DNA of 64,000 nucleotides from Heterodontus francisci. Its lineage: Eukaryota. Below the pieces are notes generated by a model. The model was not told where the DNA came from and did not search any database. It worked only from the letters and a program-made list of their open reading frames with translations. A program made the position numbers and the translations under genes. The first letter of the stretch is position 1, and every line of letters begins with the position of its first letter. This document shows, piece by piece, positions 1 to 12,614 of this stretch. The DNA lies in contig NC_090401.1 of the NCBI RefSeq assembly GCF_036365525.1, positions 59,840,868-59,904,867 on the forward strand. The letters are read 5' to 3'.

Positions 1-490
1 AGGCAGTGCAGGGATCCCCTGTGGCCGTTTCCCTCAACAACAGGTATACCGTTTTGGATACTGTTGGGGGGGACGACTTACCAGGGGTAAGCAATGGGGT
101 GCAGGTCTCTGGCACAGAGTCTGTCCCTGTTGCTCAGAAGGGAAAGGGGAAGAGGAGCAGAGCATTAGTCATTGGGGACTCCATAGTTAGGGGAACAGAT
201 AGGAGGTTCTGTGGGAACGAGAGAGACTCACGGTTGGTGTGTTGCCTCCCAGGTGCCAGGGTACGTGATGTCTCCGATCGTGTTTTTGGGATCCTTAAGG
301 GGGAGGGGGAGCACCCCCAAGTCGTGGTCCACATAGGCACCAACGACATAGGTAGGAAGAGAGATGGGGATTTAAGGCAGAAATTCAGGGAGCTAGGGTG
401 GAAGCTTAGAGCGAGAACAACCAGAGCTGTTATCTCCGGGTTGTTGCCTGTGCCACGTGCTAGCGAAGAGAGGAATAGGGAGAGAGAGGA

Positions 491-851
491 TTAGATTAGA
501 TTTAGATTAGAGATACAGCACTGAAACAGGCCCTTCGGCCCACCGAGTCTGTGCCGAACATCAACCACCCATTTTATACTAATCCTACACTGATCCCATA
601 TTCCTACCAAACATCCCCACCTGTCCCTATATTTCCCTACCACCTACCCATACTAGTGACAATTTATAATGGCCAATTTACCTATCAACCTGCAAGTCTT
701 TTGGCTTGTGGGAGGAAACCGGAGCACCCGGAGAAAACCCACGCAGACACAGGGAGAACTTGCAAACTCCACACAGGCAGTACCCGGAATCGAACCCGGG
801 TCCCTGGAGCTGTGAGGCTGCGGTGCTAACCACTCCGCCACTGTGCCGCCC
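491..851 (-). mobile_element. tRNA-derived V-SINE (HE1-like) inserted in CR1 ORF1
   Basis: Reverse complement begins GGGCGGCACAGTGGCGGAGTGGTTAGCAC (A box), has GGTTCGATTCC (B box), and ends in a CR1-type tail plus (TCTAA)n. ORF1 resumes at TWLQGWC. Confidence 0.93.
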
Positions 852-1014
852 CACGTGGCTGCAGGGATGGTGTAGGAGGGAGGGTTTTGGTTTCCTGGAT
901 AATTGGGGCTCTTTCTGGGGTAGGTGGGACCTCTACAAACAGGATGGTCTTCACCTGAACCAGAGGGGTACCAATATCCTGGGGGGGAGATTTGTTAGTG
1001 CTCTTCGGGGGGGG

Positions 1015-3907
1015 TTTAAACTAAATCAGCAGGGGAATGGGAACCGAAATTGTAGTTCCAGTGTACAGGCTGTTGAGAGTAGTGAGGTAGGGGATAAGGT
1101 TACAGGGACGCAAGAGGGCACTGGCAAGCAAGAACTTGGTTTAAAGTGTGTCTACTTCAACGCCAGGAGCATCCGGAATAAGGTGGGTGAGCTTGCAGCA
1201 TGGGTTGGTACCTGGGATCCTGATGTTGTGGCCATTTCAGAGACATGGGTAGAGCAGGGGCAGGAATGGATGTTGCAGGTTCCGGGATTTAGATGTTTCA
1301 GTAAGAACAGAGAAGAGGGTAAAAGAGGGGGGGGGGTGGCATTGTTAATCAAGGAAAGTATTACAGCGGCAGAAAGGACGTTTGAGGACTCGTCTACTGA
1401 GGTAGTATGGGCCGAGGTTAGAAACAGGAGAGGAGAGGTCACCCTGTTGGGAGTTTTCTATAGACCTCCGAATAGTTCCAGAGATGTAGAGGAAAGGATA
1501 GCGAAGATGATTCTCGACAGGAGCGAGAGTAACAGGGTAGTGGTTATGGGGGACTTTAACTTTCCAAATATTGACTGGAAATACTATAGTTCGAGTACTT
1601 TAGATGGGTCTGTTTTTGTCCAGTGTGTGCAGGAGGGTTTTCTGACACAGTATGTGGACAGGCCAACCAGGGGCGATGCCACATTGGATTTGGTACTGGG
1701 TAATGAACCCGGCCAGGTGTTCGATTTAGATGTAGGTGAGCACTTTGGCGATAGTGATCACAATTCGGTTAGGTTTACCTTAGCGATGGGCAGGGACAGG
1801 TATATACCGCAGGGCAAGAATTATAGCTGGGGGAAAGGAAATTATGACGCGATTAGGCAAGATTTAGGATGTGTAGGATGGGGAAGGAAACTGCAGGGGA
1901 TGGGCACAAACGAAATGTGGAGCTTATTCAAGGAGCAGCTAATGCGTGTCCTTGATAAGTATGTACCTGTCAGGCAGGGAGGAAGTTGTCGAGCGAGGGA
2001 GCCGTGGTTTACTCAAGAAGTTGAAGCGCTTGTCAAGAGGAAGAGGGCGGCTTATGTTAGGATGAGACGTGAAGGCTCAGTTAGGGCGCTTGAGAGTTAC
2101 AAGCTAGCCAGGAAGGATCTAAAGGGAGGGCTAAGAAGAGCAAGGAGAGGACACGAGAAGTCATTGGCGGATAGGATCAAGGAAAACCCTAAGGCTTTCT
2201 ATAGGTATATCAGGAATAAACGAATGACTAGAGTTAGATTAGGGCCAATCAAGGATAGTAGTGGGAAGTTGTGTGCGGAATCAGAGGAGATAGGGGAAGC
2301 GTTAAATGAATATTTTTCGTCAGCATTTACAGTAGAAAAAGAAAATGTTGCCGAGGAGATTACTGAGATACAGCCTACTAGGCTAGATGGGATTGAGATT
2401 CACAAGGAGGAGGTGTTAGCAATTTTGGAAAGAGTGAAAATAGATAAGTCCCCTGGGCCAGATGGGATTTATCCTAGGATTCTCTGGGAAGCCAGGGAGG
2501 AGATTGCAGAGCCGTTGTTGTTGATCTTTATGTCGTCATTGTCGACAGGAGTAGTGCCGGAGGACTGGAGGATAGCAAATGTTGTCCCCTTGTTCAAGAA
2601 GGGGAGTAGAGACAGCCCTGGTAATTATAGACCTGTGAGCCTTACTTCGGTTGTGGGTAAAATGTTGGAAAAGGTTATAAGAGATAGGATTTATAATCAT
2701 CTTGAAAAGAATAAGTTCATTTGCGATAGTCAGCACGGTTTTGTGAAAGGTAGGTCGTGCCTCACAAACCTTATTGAGTTTTTCGAGAAGGTGACCAAAC
2801 AGGTGGATGAGGGTAAAGCCGTGGATGTGGTGTCTATGGATTTCAGTAAGGCGTTTGATAAGGTTCCCCACGGTAGGCTATTGCAGAAAATACGGAAGTA
2901 TGGGGTTGAAGGTGATTTAGAGCTTTGGATCAGAAATTGGCTAGCTGAAAGAAGACAGAGGGTGGTGGGTTGATGGCAAATGTTCATCCTGGAGTTTAGT
3001 TACTAGTGGTGTACCGCAAGGTTCTGTTTTGGGGCCACTGCTGTTTGTCATTTTTATAAACGACCTGGATGAGGGTGTAGAAGGGTGGGTTAGTAAATTT
3101 GCGGATGACACGAAGGTCGGTGGAGTTGTGGATAGTGTCGAAGGGTGTTGTAGGGTACAGAGGGACATAGATAGGCTGCAGAGCTGGGCTGAGAGATGGC
3201 AAATGGAGTTTAATGCGGAGAAGTGTGAGGTGATTCACTTTGGAAGGAGTAACAGCAATGCAGAGTACTGGGCTAATGGGAAGATTCTTGGTAGTGTAGA
3301 TGAGCAGAGAGATCTTGGTATCCAGGTACATAAATCCCTGAAAGTTGCTACCCAGGTTAATAGGGCTGTTAAGAAGGCATATGGTGTGTTAGCTTTTATT
3401 AGTAGGGGGATCGAGTTTCGGAGCCACGAGGTCATGATGCAGCTGTACAAAACTCTGGTGAGGCCGCACCTTGAGTATTGCGTGCAGTTCTGGTCACCAC
3501 ATTATAGGAAGGATGTGGAAGCTTTGGAAAGGGTGCAGAGGAGATTTACTAGGATGTTGCCTGGTATGGAAGGAAGGTCTTACGAGGAAAGGCTGAGGGA
3601 CTTGGGGTTGTTTTCGTTAGAGAGAAGGAGGAGGAGAGGTGACTTAATAGAGACATACAAGATAATCAGAGGGTTAGATAGGGTGGATAGTGAGAGTCTT
3701 TTTCCTCGGATGAGGATGGCAAACACGAGGGGACATAGCTTTAAGTTGAGGGGTGAAAGATATAGGACAGATGTCAGAGGTAGTTTCTTTACGCAGAGAG
3801 TAGTAGGGGCGTGGAACGCCCTGCCTGCAACAGTAGTAGACTCGCCAACTTTAAGGGCATTTAAGTGGTCATTGGATAGACATATGGATGTAAATGGAAT
3901 AGTGTAG
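1015..3907 (+). pseudogene. CR1 ORF2 (endonuclease + reverse transcriptase), split by one +1 frameshift (extra G near 2968)
   Basis: ORF 706..2973 and ORF 3029..3907 are consecutive halves of one EN-RT protein. Confidence 0.9.
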
Positions 3908-4197
3908 GTCAGATGATCGGCGCAACATCGAGGGCCGAAGGGCCTGTACTGCGCTGTAATATTCTAATTCTAATTCTAATTCTAATTCTCAAGGGCAATT
4001 AGGAATGGGCAATAAATGCTGGCCTGGCCAGTGATGCCCACATCCCATGAATGAATTAAAAGAAAATGTTATTCTCCTTGCTTCCCTCAGTAACATTGAT
4101 GTAAACTATGAGGTCCCAGTTATTCATCTACTTCAAAGTTTGATTACCCTAGTTAGTACCATTGGCTCAGAGGTAAAACTCTCATCGCTGACTCAGA

Positions 4198-5287
4198 GGG
4201 CTGGATTTTCATTCAAGGTCTGGGAACTCGATGCCGGGGCTGGTTCCAGGTCCTGACCCCACACGGCATCTTCCTGAAATGGCACCTTAATTTTTCAAGT
4301 GTCAGCCAATTAACAGCCAGGGAGCAGGTTCACCGTGCGGGCTCCCGAATCTGGAGGGCCAATGGGAGGCCCTCAAGCACTGACACACCTGCAGCCCCAC
4401 TGGCCGAGTGGGGGCTGCTGATTCGTAATGGAAAGAGAAAGGGTGCCTCAACATGGAGGCACCCTCTGAAGAAGAGGTCAAATTTTATAAAATTTAAAAT
4501 GGCCACAGCTGCCTGGCTGTGATCGTGGAGGGGTAGCCCCATCACAGGATGGCCAGCGGCCACAGCTGTGGCCCGGCAGCCATGATGGGTGTGTGTGGGG
4601 GGTTGTCTCTCGCAGGATTCTCTTCCTGCTGTGAGACTGGTTTGATGCACTGGCCATGTTTCGGCCTGATGTGCAAAGCCCGCACGCTGACTGGAAATCC
4701 CAGTCTGCATGGAAAAGGGGCCTTAATGGGTCCCAGTATTGCCCTCAATTGTCTACCCGCCGCTTGTGGGCAGGGAGCCGTTCCAATCCCAACCCAGCCT
4801 CTTTAAAGATGACTTGGGGTGGGATCGTGTCATTGAACTGACTGGACGACCAGCAGCACAAAATTGCGGGCCTGCCTGCCTCCAATCCTGGCCCCACGTT
4901 GACTGAAAATCATGGGCGGCACAGTGGCGCAGTGGTTAGCACCGCAGCCTCACAGCTCCAGGGACCTGGGTTCGATTCTGGGTACTGCCTGTGCGGAGTT
5001 TGCAAGTTCTCCCTGTGTCTGCGTGGGTTTCCTCCGGGTGCTCCGGTTTCCTCCCACATGCCAAAGACTTGCAGGTTGATAGGTTAATTGGCCGTTATAA
5101 ATTGCCCCTAGTATAGGTAGGTGGTAGGGAAATATATAGGGACAGGTGGGAATGTGGTAGGAATATGGGATTAGTGTAGGATTAGTATAAATGGGTGGTT
5201 GATGGTCGGCACAGACTCGGTGGGCCGAAGGGCCTGTTTCAGTGCTGTATCTCTGAACTAAACTAAACTAAACTAAACATCCCACCC
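4198..5287. mobile_element. GC-rich non-autonomous TIR element with a SINE nested in its right terminus
   Basis: Left end GGGCTGGATTTTCA; right end TGAAAAT(cat+SINE+cat)CCCACCC; GC-rich interior without a credible ORF. Confidence 0.6.
4914..5278 (+). mobile_element. HE1-like V-SINE
   Basis: Full tRNA head, central domain, CR1 tail and (AACTA)n end. Confidence 0.93.
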
Positions 5288-5598
5288 ATAGAATCAAAGT
5301 TTCAAGCCCTACTTGTGAGATTTATGCCTATAAGCAAAAGGAAAAGTCAAAAAAACATTGGAAGCGGAAGACACAGAGCCAAGGGGAAAGAGCAGAAATG
5401 GAAACAGTTTGGATTACTGTACTAAAGAGCAGCCACAGTCATAATGGGCTGAATGGCCTCCTTCTGTGCCGTAAATTCCTATAGTTCTATATAAAATATA
5501 TTTTTGAAAACCAACCATTTAGTTTGCTGAGAAAAAGTTCTGAAAGTTTTTGCAGAATATCCATTATTTATCCTTAACTAGTTGCCTTCCACAGGAGT

Positions 5599-5936
5599 GG
5601 GCGGCATAGTGGCGCAGTGGTTAGCACCGCAGCCTCACAGCTCCAGCGACCCGGGTCCAATTCTGGGTACTGCCTGTGCAGAGTTTGCAAGTTCTCCCTG
5701 TGTCTGCGTGGGTTTCTGCCGGGTGCTCCAATTTCCTCCCACCTCCAAAAGACTTGCAGGTTGATAGGTAAATTGGCCATTGTAAATTGCCCCTAGTGTA
5801 GGTAAGTGGTAGGAGAATGGTGGGGATGTGGTGGAGAGTATGGGATTAATGTAGGATTAGTATAAATGGGTGGTTGTTGGTCGGCACAGACTTGTGGGCT
5901 GAAGGGCCTGTTTCAATGCTGTATCTTTAAATAAAT
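5599..5936 (+). mobile_element. HE1-like V-SINE
   Basis: Near-identical to the other copies; TAAA tail. Confidence 0.92.
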
Positions 5937-6349
5937 GCCTCCCTGGTGCTAGATCATTTCTATAGGCACTTATCCTCATAAACTTCAGGACACAAGATTA
6001 ATTATTTTATTCATGTGCAGTATTCAGTGTGTAAAATATAAATTGTTCTTTTCTACAGTCTTGTTCAAGATTCACTGTCCTCTGTACAAGTCACATAGTC
6101 TACTTCCACATAGGTTATCCATGCATTTCAAAGACATGACTCATACACCCTGTTAACCTTTGTCGTGCCTCAATCTATTTTGAAAATTTCATGAACACTG
6201 ATGTCATCTAGTCCTCAAACCTGAGCATCTATATTTTTGGAATGCCATAAAATAATAACTAAAGACTCGCTTTCCATTTCCTCAGCAATTCTGATTGTGA
6301 CATTGCTCAGGTGTCCTACAGTCATTTAATTCCTTGAATGTCTTGGAAA

Positions 6350-6640
6350 CGTAAAGAACAAAAGGCCATTCAGCCCCTCGAGCCTGTTCCGTCATTCAAC
6401 TAGATCATAGCTGATCTGTAGCTCAACTCCATTTACAAGCCTTTGCTCCATATCACCTAATACCATCAACAAACAAAAAGCTTATCAATCTCAATCTCGA
6501 AAACTCCAATTGTCCCAGCATCCACAGCCTTTTGGGGAGAAAGTTCCAGATTTCTACTACCCTGAATGTGGGGAAATTGCTTTCTGATTTCTCTCTTGAA
6601 TGGCCTAACTCCAACTTCGGATCCTGTCTACTTGTTCTTG
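6350..6640 (-). mobile_element. Old CR1 3' fragment
   Basis: Reverse translation RVVEIWNFLP; CR1 3'UTR stem GGCCATTCAGCCC. Confidence 0.7.
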
Positions 6641-6692
6641 ATTTGATACGACCTTTACTGACCCACACGTATGTTATACAATGGTATCAAAA

Positions 6693-7030
6693 TTTTATTT
6701 ATTTTTATTTAGAGATACAGCACTGAAACAGGCCCTTCGGCCTGATGGTGCCGACCATCAACCACCCATTTATACGAATCCTACATTAACTCCATATTCT
6801 CTACCACATCCCCACCATTCTCCTACCACCTACCTATACTAGGGGCAATTTACAATGGCCAAATTACCTATTAACCTGCAAATCTTTGGCTGTGGGAGAA
6901 AACCAGAGCACCCGGCGGAAACCCACGCGGTCACAGGGAGAGCTTGCAAACTCCACACAGGCAGTACCCAGAACTGAACCAGGTCGCCGGAGCTGTGAGG
7001 CTGTGGTGCTAACCACTGCGCCACTGTGCC
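6693..7030 (-). mobile_element. HE1-like V-SINE
   Basis: Reverse-complement copy of the same SINE with a (TAAA)n tail. Confidence 0.92.
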
Positions 7031-7617
7031 TACAACCTTCATTTGCTTGTCTCCACTGCCCTGGAGGCTCCGACTGCTACAATGGGAATTGTGTGCCACA
7101 CAAAAACTCTCGAATTCCCTCCCTAAACGTTTCTGCCTCTCTCTCCTGTTTTAAGAACTTCCTTGAAGACAATGGCTTTAACCAAGCTTTTAGTTATCCA
7201 TCCTAATATCTCCTTCTATAGCTTATTGTCAATTTTTGACTGGTTACGCTCTTGTGTTGAACCTTGGAATATTTTCTTATATGTTAAATATTCCTCCATT
7301 CCCTTTTAAATTCCACCTTTACCTCAATAGCCATATACGATGAAAGATCCCACAGTCTAATAGTCCTGAGTTCAAGAATCTTCCTCCTCCCTATTCATCT
7401 TTGCTCTTTGAGTGAGGATCCTTGTTCCCATTCGCCTACTAACGGAAACAATCTTCCCCAATTCACCCACAGGTTTCACTCACCTGTTTACTGGCTGCTC
7501 CTCTCTCAGTGCCCCTACATTCATCACATTGTTGATGCTGCTGCTTCCAGCTTTGCAGGAAGTGCTGGTTTTCACATGCACCCCATTGTCCCCACTCCCC
7601 ACAGATCTGCTTGAGCC

Positions 7618-7800
7618 CTAATCCCCTGAACCCCAGTCTCCTCTTCCCTCCCCATTCCCAGTCTCCTCTCCCCCCCATTCCCCAGTCTCCTCTCTCCCCC
7701 CCCTCATTCCCCAATCTCCCCTCTCACCCCCATTCCCCAATCTCCTCTCTCCCTCCCACATTCCCTAGTCTCCTTTCTCCCCTCCCATTCCCTACTCTCT
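7618..7800. repeat. Degenerate pyrimidine-rich minisatellite (unit about 24 bp, CCCCATTCCCCAGTCTCCTCTC-like)
   Basis: About 6-7 imperfect copies visible directly. Confidence 0.75.
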
Positions 7801-7889
7801 ATCTTTTCGGACAGTGGTGCCGCTCTGTGGGTGATGGCTGAGCAAGAGCCAGGGATGAGCTCTGTGGAAAAGGTTGGGAAATGATTCTG

Positions 7890-8094
7890 GAACCACTCAG
7901 CAGGTCTGGCAGCATCTGTGGAAAGAGAAGCAGAGTTAACGTTTCGGGTCAGTGACCCTTCTTCGGAACCCGAAACGTTAACTCTGCTTCTCTTTCCACA
8001 GATACTGCCAGACATGCTGAGTGGTTCCAGCATTTCTTGTTTTTATTTTTTATTTCAGATTTCCAGCATCTGCAGTATTTTGCTTTTATTTTAG
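7890..8094. mobile_element. Penelope-like element terminus arranged as an inverted repeat, flanked by a 15-bp target-site duplication
   Basis: Arms 7887-7949 and 7968-8030 are reverse complements with 2 mismatches. TGGGAAATGATTCTG occurs at 7875-7889 and 8095-8109. The same sequence follows a Penelope-type ORF end at 51160-51652. Confidence 0.8.
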
Positions 8095-8403
8095 TGGGAA
8101 ATGATTCTGTTGGAAATTAAAATTGATCTGCTTGTGACTCCAGATAGTCTAACAGTCAGTGATTAGTTAGTGATACTGAACCTCACAAGTGTCTGTTGTT
8201 CGTGTGGCTGCAGTCTGGTGAGAAATTGAAATTGCTGATCACCTGGCTGCTGGAAGCAATGCTTGGGATCGGAAACCCTGATTCCATTAGATTCCTGGTC
8301 ATTCCAGGAGGGTTGGGAACACTACACCTGCCCTCTCGCTGGAAGTAAAAGAACAGGGGAGTTCTCACACTTTATCCCTCAACCAACATCACTAAAACTG
8401 TTT

Positions 8404-9622
8404 AGTAGGTAAGGGAGAACTAGTGGATGTGGTGTATTTGGACTTTCAGAAGGTTTTTGATAAAGCCCCACATAAGAGATTAGCATGCAAAATTAAAGCA
8501 CATGGGATTGGGTGTAAGGTACTGACATGGATAGAGAACTGGTTGGCAGACAGGAAACAAAGAGTAGGAATAAACGGGTCTTTTTCCGAGTGGCAGGCAG
8601 TGACTAGTGGGGTACCGCAGAGATCAGTGCTAAGACCCCAGCTATTCACAATATATATTAATGATATAGATGAGGGAATTAAATGTAATATATCCAAGTT
8701 TGCAGACGTCACAAAGCTGGGTGGGAGTGTGAGCTGTGAGGAGGATGCAGAGAAGCTCCAGTGTGATTTGGACAGGTTGAGTGAGTGGGCAAATACATGG
8801 CAGATGCAGTATAATGTGGATAAATGTGAGATTATCCACTTTTGTGGCAAAAACAGAAAGGCAGATTATCTGAACGGCGACAGATTGGGAAAGGGGGAGG
8901 TGCAGCGAGACCTGGGTGTCCTTGTGCACCAGTCGCTGAAAGTAAGCATGCAGGTGCAGCAGGCAGTTAAGAAGGTAAATGGTATGTTGGCCTTCATAGC
9001 GAGAGGATTCGAGTACAGAAGCAAGGATGTCTTGCTTCAATTATGCAAGGCATTGGTGAGACCACATTTGGAGTATTGCGTGCAGTTTTGGTCTCCTTAT
9101 CTGAGGAAGGATGTTCTTGCTATGGAGGGAGTGCAGCGAAGGTTTACCAGACTGATTCCTGGGATGGCAGGACTAACGTATGAAGAGAGATTGGGTTGAC
9201 TAGGCTTGTATTCACTAGAGTTTAGAAGAATGAGAGGGATCTCATAGAAACTTACAAAATTCTAACAGGATTGGACAGACTAGATGCAGGAAGGATGTTC
9301 CCGATGGCAGGGGAGTCCAGGACCAAGGGTCACAATCTAAGGATAAGGGGTAAGCCGTTTAGGACTGAGATGAGGAGAGATTTCTTCACCCAGAGTGTGG
9401 TGAATCTGTGGAATTTTCTACCACGGAAAGCAGTTGAGGCCAAATCATTAAATATATTCAAGAAAGAGTTAGATATAGTTCTTAGGGCTAATGGGATCAA
9501 GGGATACGGGGAGAAAGCGGGAACAGGTTATTGAGTTTGGATGATAAGCCATGATCGTATTGAATGGCGGAGCAGGCTCGAAGGACTGAATGGCCTACTC
9601 CTGCTCCTATTTTTCTATGTTT
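8404..9622 (+). mobile_element. 5'-truncated CR1 LINE (RT C-terminal half), inserted within a DeuSINE-like repeat (about 8340-8400 and 9625-9795)
   Basis: DVVYLDFQK, GVPQRSVL, FADV, RPHLEYCVQFWSP; CR1 3'UTR. Confidence 0.9.
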
Positions 9623-12087
9623 AAGTTGTCATGTTTCTCATTACTTTGTGTGGGATCTTGCTGTGCACTAAGTTGATTGCTGTATTTCCCTAAATTACAA
9701 CAGTGATTACATTTCAAAAGTTGTTCATAAGCTGTGAAACCCTTTGGGAGGCATTCAGGTCATGAAAGGTGCTACATAAATGCAAGTTCTTTCAATCATT
9801 CTCCCTTTATGAATTTCAAGCCTAGCTAATTACATTTCTGCTCATGAGCAATCGAGAAGAGTTACCTTTTCTCTGCTGTTGCAAAATAAATGGACATTTG
9901 TTTAAAAATTCAAAGAGTTCCCTTAAGGTGGTTGTTTACTTGGATGACGTTTAGCTTATTAGCTCAGGGAACTTAATCTTCAAACCTTGAGGTCAAGGAT
10001 TCCAACCTCAAGCGACCTGTCACTCAAACTTACTGGTGTTTGCTTACTTAGAAACATAGGAAATTTATGGCATAATTGGAGACCATTCGGGCCATCAAGT
10101 GTGCTGGATAATCTCTCCCTGTCAAGGAATGTGATCTCCCACATGACAGTTAGGGAGACGAAGACGGAATACTTTACAAGCTTGAAAGTTTTCAACTTAG
10201 CTTCACCACATGGATATAAGGGATCAATTCTTTTTTCAGGCAAGGGGAAAGAGAGAAAAAACACAGCTCAAGTTGTTGAAGTCATGCTTCATAGCAACTA
10301 ACCAAAGTTAAGCTGCCAAACTAAATTAGGTATGATTGTAAATCATGTTGAGCTGCATAGCAATAAAATCCAAATATTGCATATTCAAATTTAAACATCT
10401 TAACAGTTATAAATGAATATCACTTAATGCATACAACACTTACCTTGTAAAGTGAAAATTCAAATTGTGCCATCAAATGAATCGGACAGGACAGGGAAAT
10501 AGGATAGTCCAGGCAGAAGAGGTGATTGTATTTCAGTTTATGTGATAATGAATATTCTGGTGCCTTTCTCCACCTCATGCATGTACAACTGCACATCTCA
10601 AAATGTTTTGTCTCAGGTTTTTCAGGGTTTCTAATGTTATTTGTGGAACAGCACTGATAATGTTTTTCATTAGTGGTCAGTATTTCTGTTCAATAAACAA
10701 AGCTTCAATTGAATGGGAAAATAAAATTAAACACGGTTAAGAAAAGGTGCTCCTGATCGTCGCATTCTAGCTGTTCTTACAGACTCATCATCGGCCAGCT
10801 CCCTGTTCTTTACTGGCACTTCAGGTTAATGCTCGAACAGCTCCAGTTAATGTACATTTGTTTCAGTAACCAGATGGAACCTTCCTTCAATTTTAGGTAT
10901 GTCAACATCAGCAACTCTAAAACAGACTGTCAGAGGGGAAAATGACTGGGGAAGTTGGGCTGACCTGAAAATAGAAAGAGCTTGCAATTTATAAATCACC
11001 TTGTCACATCTTTAGGATGCCCTAAGCATCTCAGTGAATAAGTTACTTTTGGTTTAGTCACTGTTCTGATACAGTCTTGTGAGCAGCAAATAAAATGCAT
11101 AACCAATTTATTAGTTTTTGGTGGTGATGCTTGAAGGAGGAATATTGGCCAAGAGACCATGGTCAGCTCCCAACTTCTATTTGCATTGTGCTATTTACAT
11201 TCACCTGAACAAATATCTCATCTGAAGGCCAGGGTAAGATTCATAGAATTTGTTGCACGATGCAGTGCCTTGACAAATCACTAGCCCTAACCAAGGTGTC
11301 AAATAAACATTCCACTTATTGACCATGTTCACCTAATTAATGTTAAAGCTATGGCTCCTCTCCCGGCTTTGGTTCAAAACCCCAACTTTTGCCAATATTT
11401 TATCTCATGCGTCCTTTATTGTCTCTTGTCAGATCATCTGACACAGCGTGGAGTGCAGGCAAGGGACCTAGCCAATAAGAGGGAGATTTTAAAAAAATCT
11501 GCAGTCTTCCATCTTGGATTACACTTTAATAAGAGCAGCTGGTTAACCGAGATGCCTGGTCATCCATCCTGACCTGTTCCATGGTTTTCAAGTGGAGCAA
11601 CTGAAATGGAGATGTGGAAAAACATGAATGCTCCAGTAGCCCACAACATTTATCTACTAAAACTCTGGCTTAGCATAAATAAATGCAGACCCATTGTGCG
11701 CCCTGCCGCCATCTGTGAGTAATTGGCTGTCAGAAAGTTTCCTTTCAGCAGGAAATTAGTTCCAGGGAAATAAACATACAAAAATAGTTGAAGCAAACTC
11801 TCATCCTATGTGAAACTACCCTTTTGCCAACTTCCCTTTTGAGAGTAGTAAAAATTGCACGTATACTGAGTGAAGTATATTTAAATTTGTGTCTTAAACC
11901 ATGAATTACAGAGTTCTATTATGAGTTAATGAGTGACAAAAGCAAAATCTGAGGAGTGGAACACAATATCTGTTTGCTCATTGTGTCTGTTAGGAAATGT
12001 TGCCATAGATCTCTGATACAGCAGTTATTTTATACATTCTGACAGCTAGTGGGTTCTGTATTAAAACTTTTGGTTACAGCTGTTATA

Positions 12088-12552
12088 GGGTATGGTAGCA
12101 TGATGCTTATGTTACTGGATTAGTAATCTAGAGGATAAAAACAAAAAGTGCTGGAAATACTCAGCGGGTCTGGCAGCATAATGCTGCTGTGATGACTCTG
12201 TGACTTGAGTTCAAATCCCACCACAGCAGCTGGGGAATTTAAATTCAGTTAATGAAATAAACCTGAATAAAAAGATAGTCTCAGTAATAGTGACCATGAA
12301 ACTACAAAAAGGCAAGTAGTTCACTAATGTTCTCTAGGGAAGGGATTCTGCTATTCTCACCTGCTCTGGGTTATATGTGACTCCAGACCCACTGCAATGT
12401 GATTGATTCTTAACTGCCCTGTGAAATGGTCTAGCAAGCTAATCAGTTGTATTCAAGAAGGTGGCTCACCACCACATACTCAAGGGTAGTTAAGGATGGG
12501 CAATAAATGCTGGCCTTGCCAGTGATGCCCACATCCCATGAATTATAAAAAA
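12088..12552 (+). mobile_element. tRNA-derived SINE of a second family, sharing its 3' tail with the LINE at 55140-56880
   Basis: GAGTTCAAATCCC B box; tail GGGCAATAAATGCTGGCCTTGCCAGTGATGCCCACATCCCATG. Confidence 0.75.
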
Positions 12553-12614
12553 GGTCCTTTAATCTATAATCTAAACATAGGACTAAGACAAACCATAATT
12601 TTACATAGTTTGTC

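Larger units (their letters stand above)
1..3988 (+). mobile_element. CR1-clade LINE, near full length (5' end outside the window); ORF1 interrupted by a SINE, ORF2 frameshifted near 2968
   Basis: ORF1 SGNH-esterase motifs (VIGDS, CLPGA, HIGTND, DGLHLN). ORF2 APE endonuclease (NARS, SETW, MGDFN, SDH) and RT (NYRPVSLT, QHGF, GVPQGSVLGP, FADD). CR1 3' stem GGGCCGAAGGGCC and (ATTCTA)n tail at about 3961-3988. Confidence 0.95.

Noticed and set aside
706-851. N-terminus of the 755-aa ORF (MWEETGAPGENPRR...)
   Set aside because: It is antisense SINE sequence that is open by chance; the same peptide recurs at every SINE copy.
4914-4990. tRNA gene-like A and B boxes
   Set aside because: These are SINE heads, not complete cloverleaf tRNAs.
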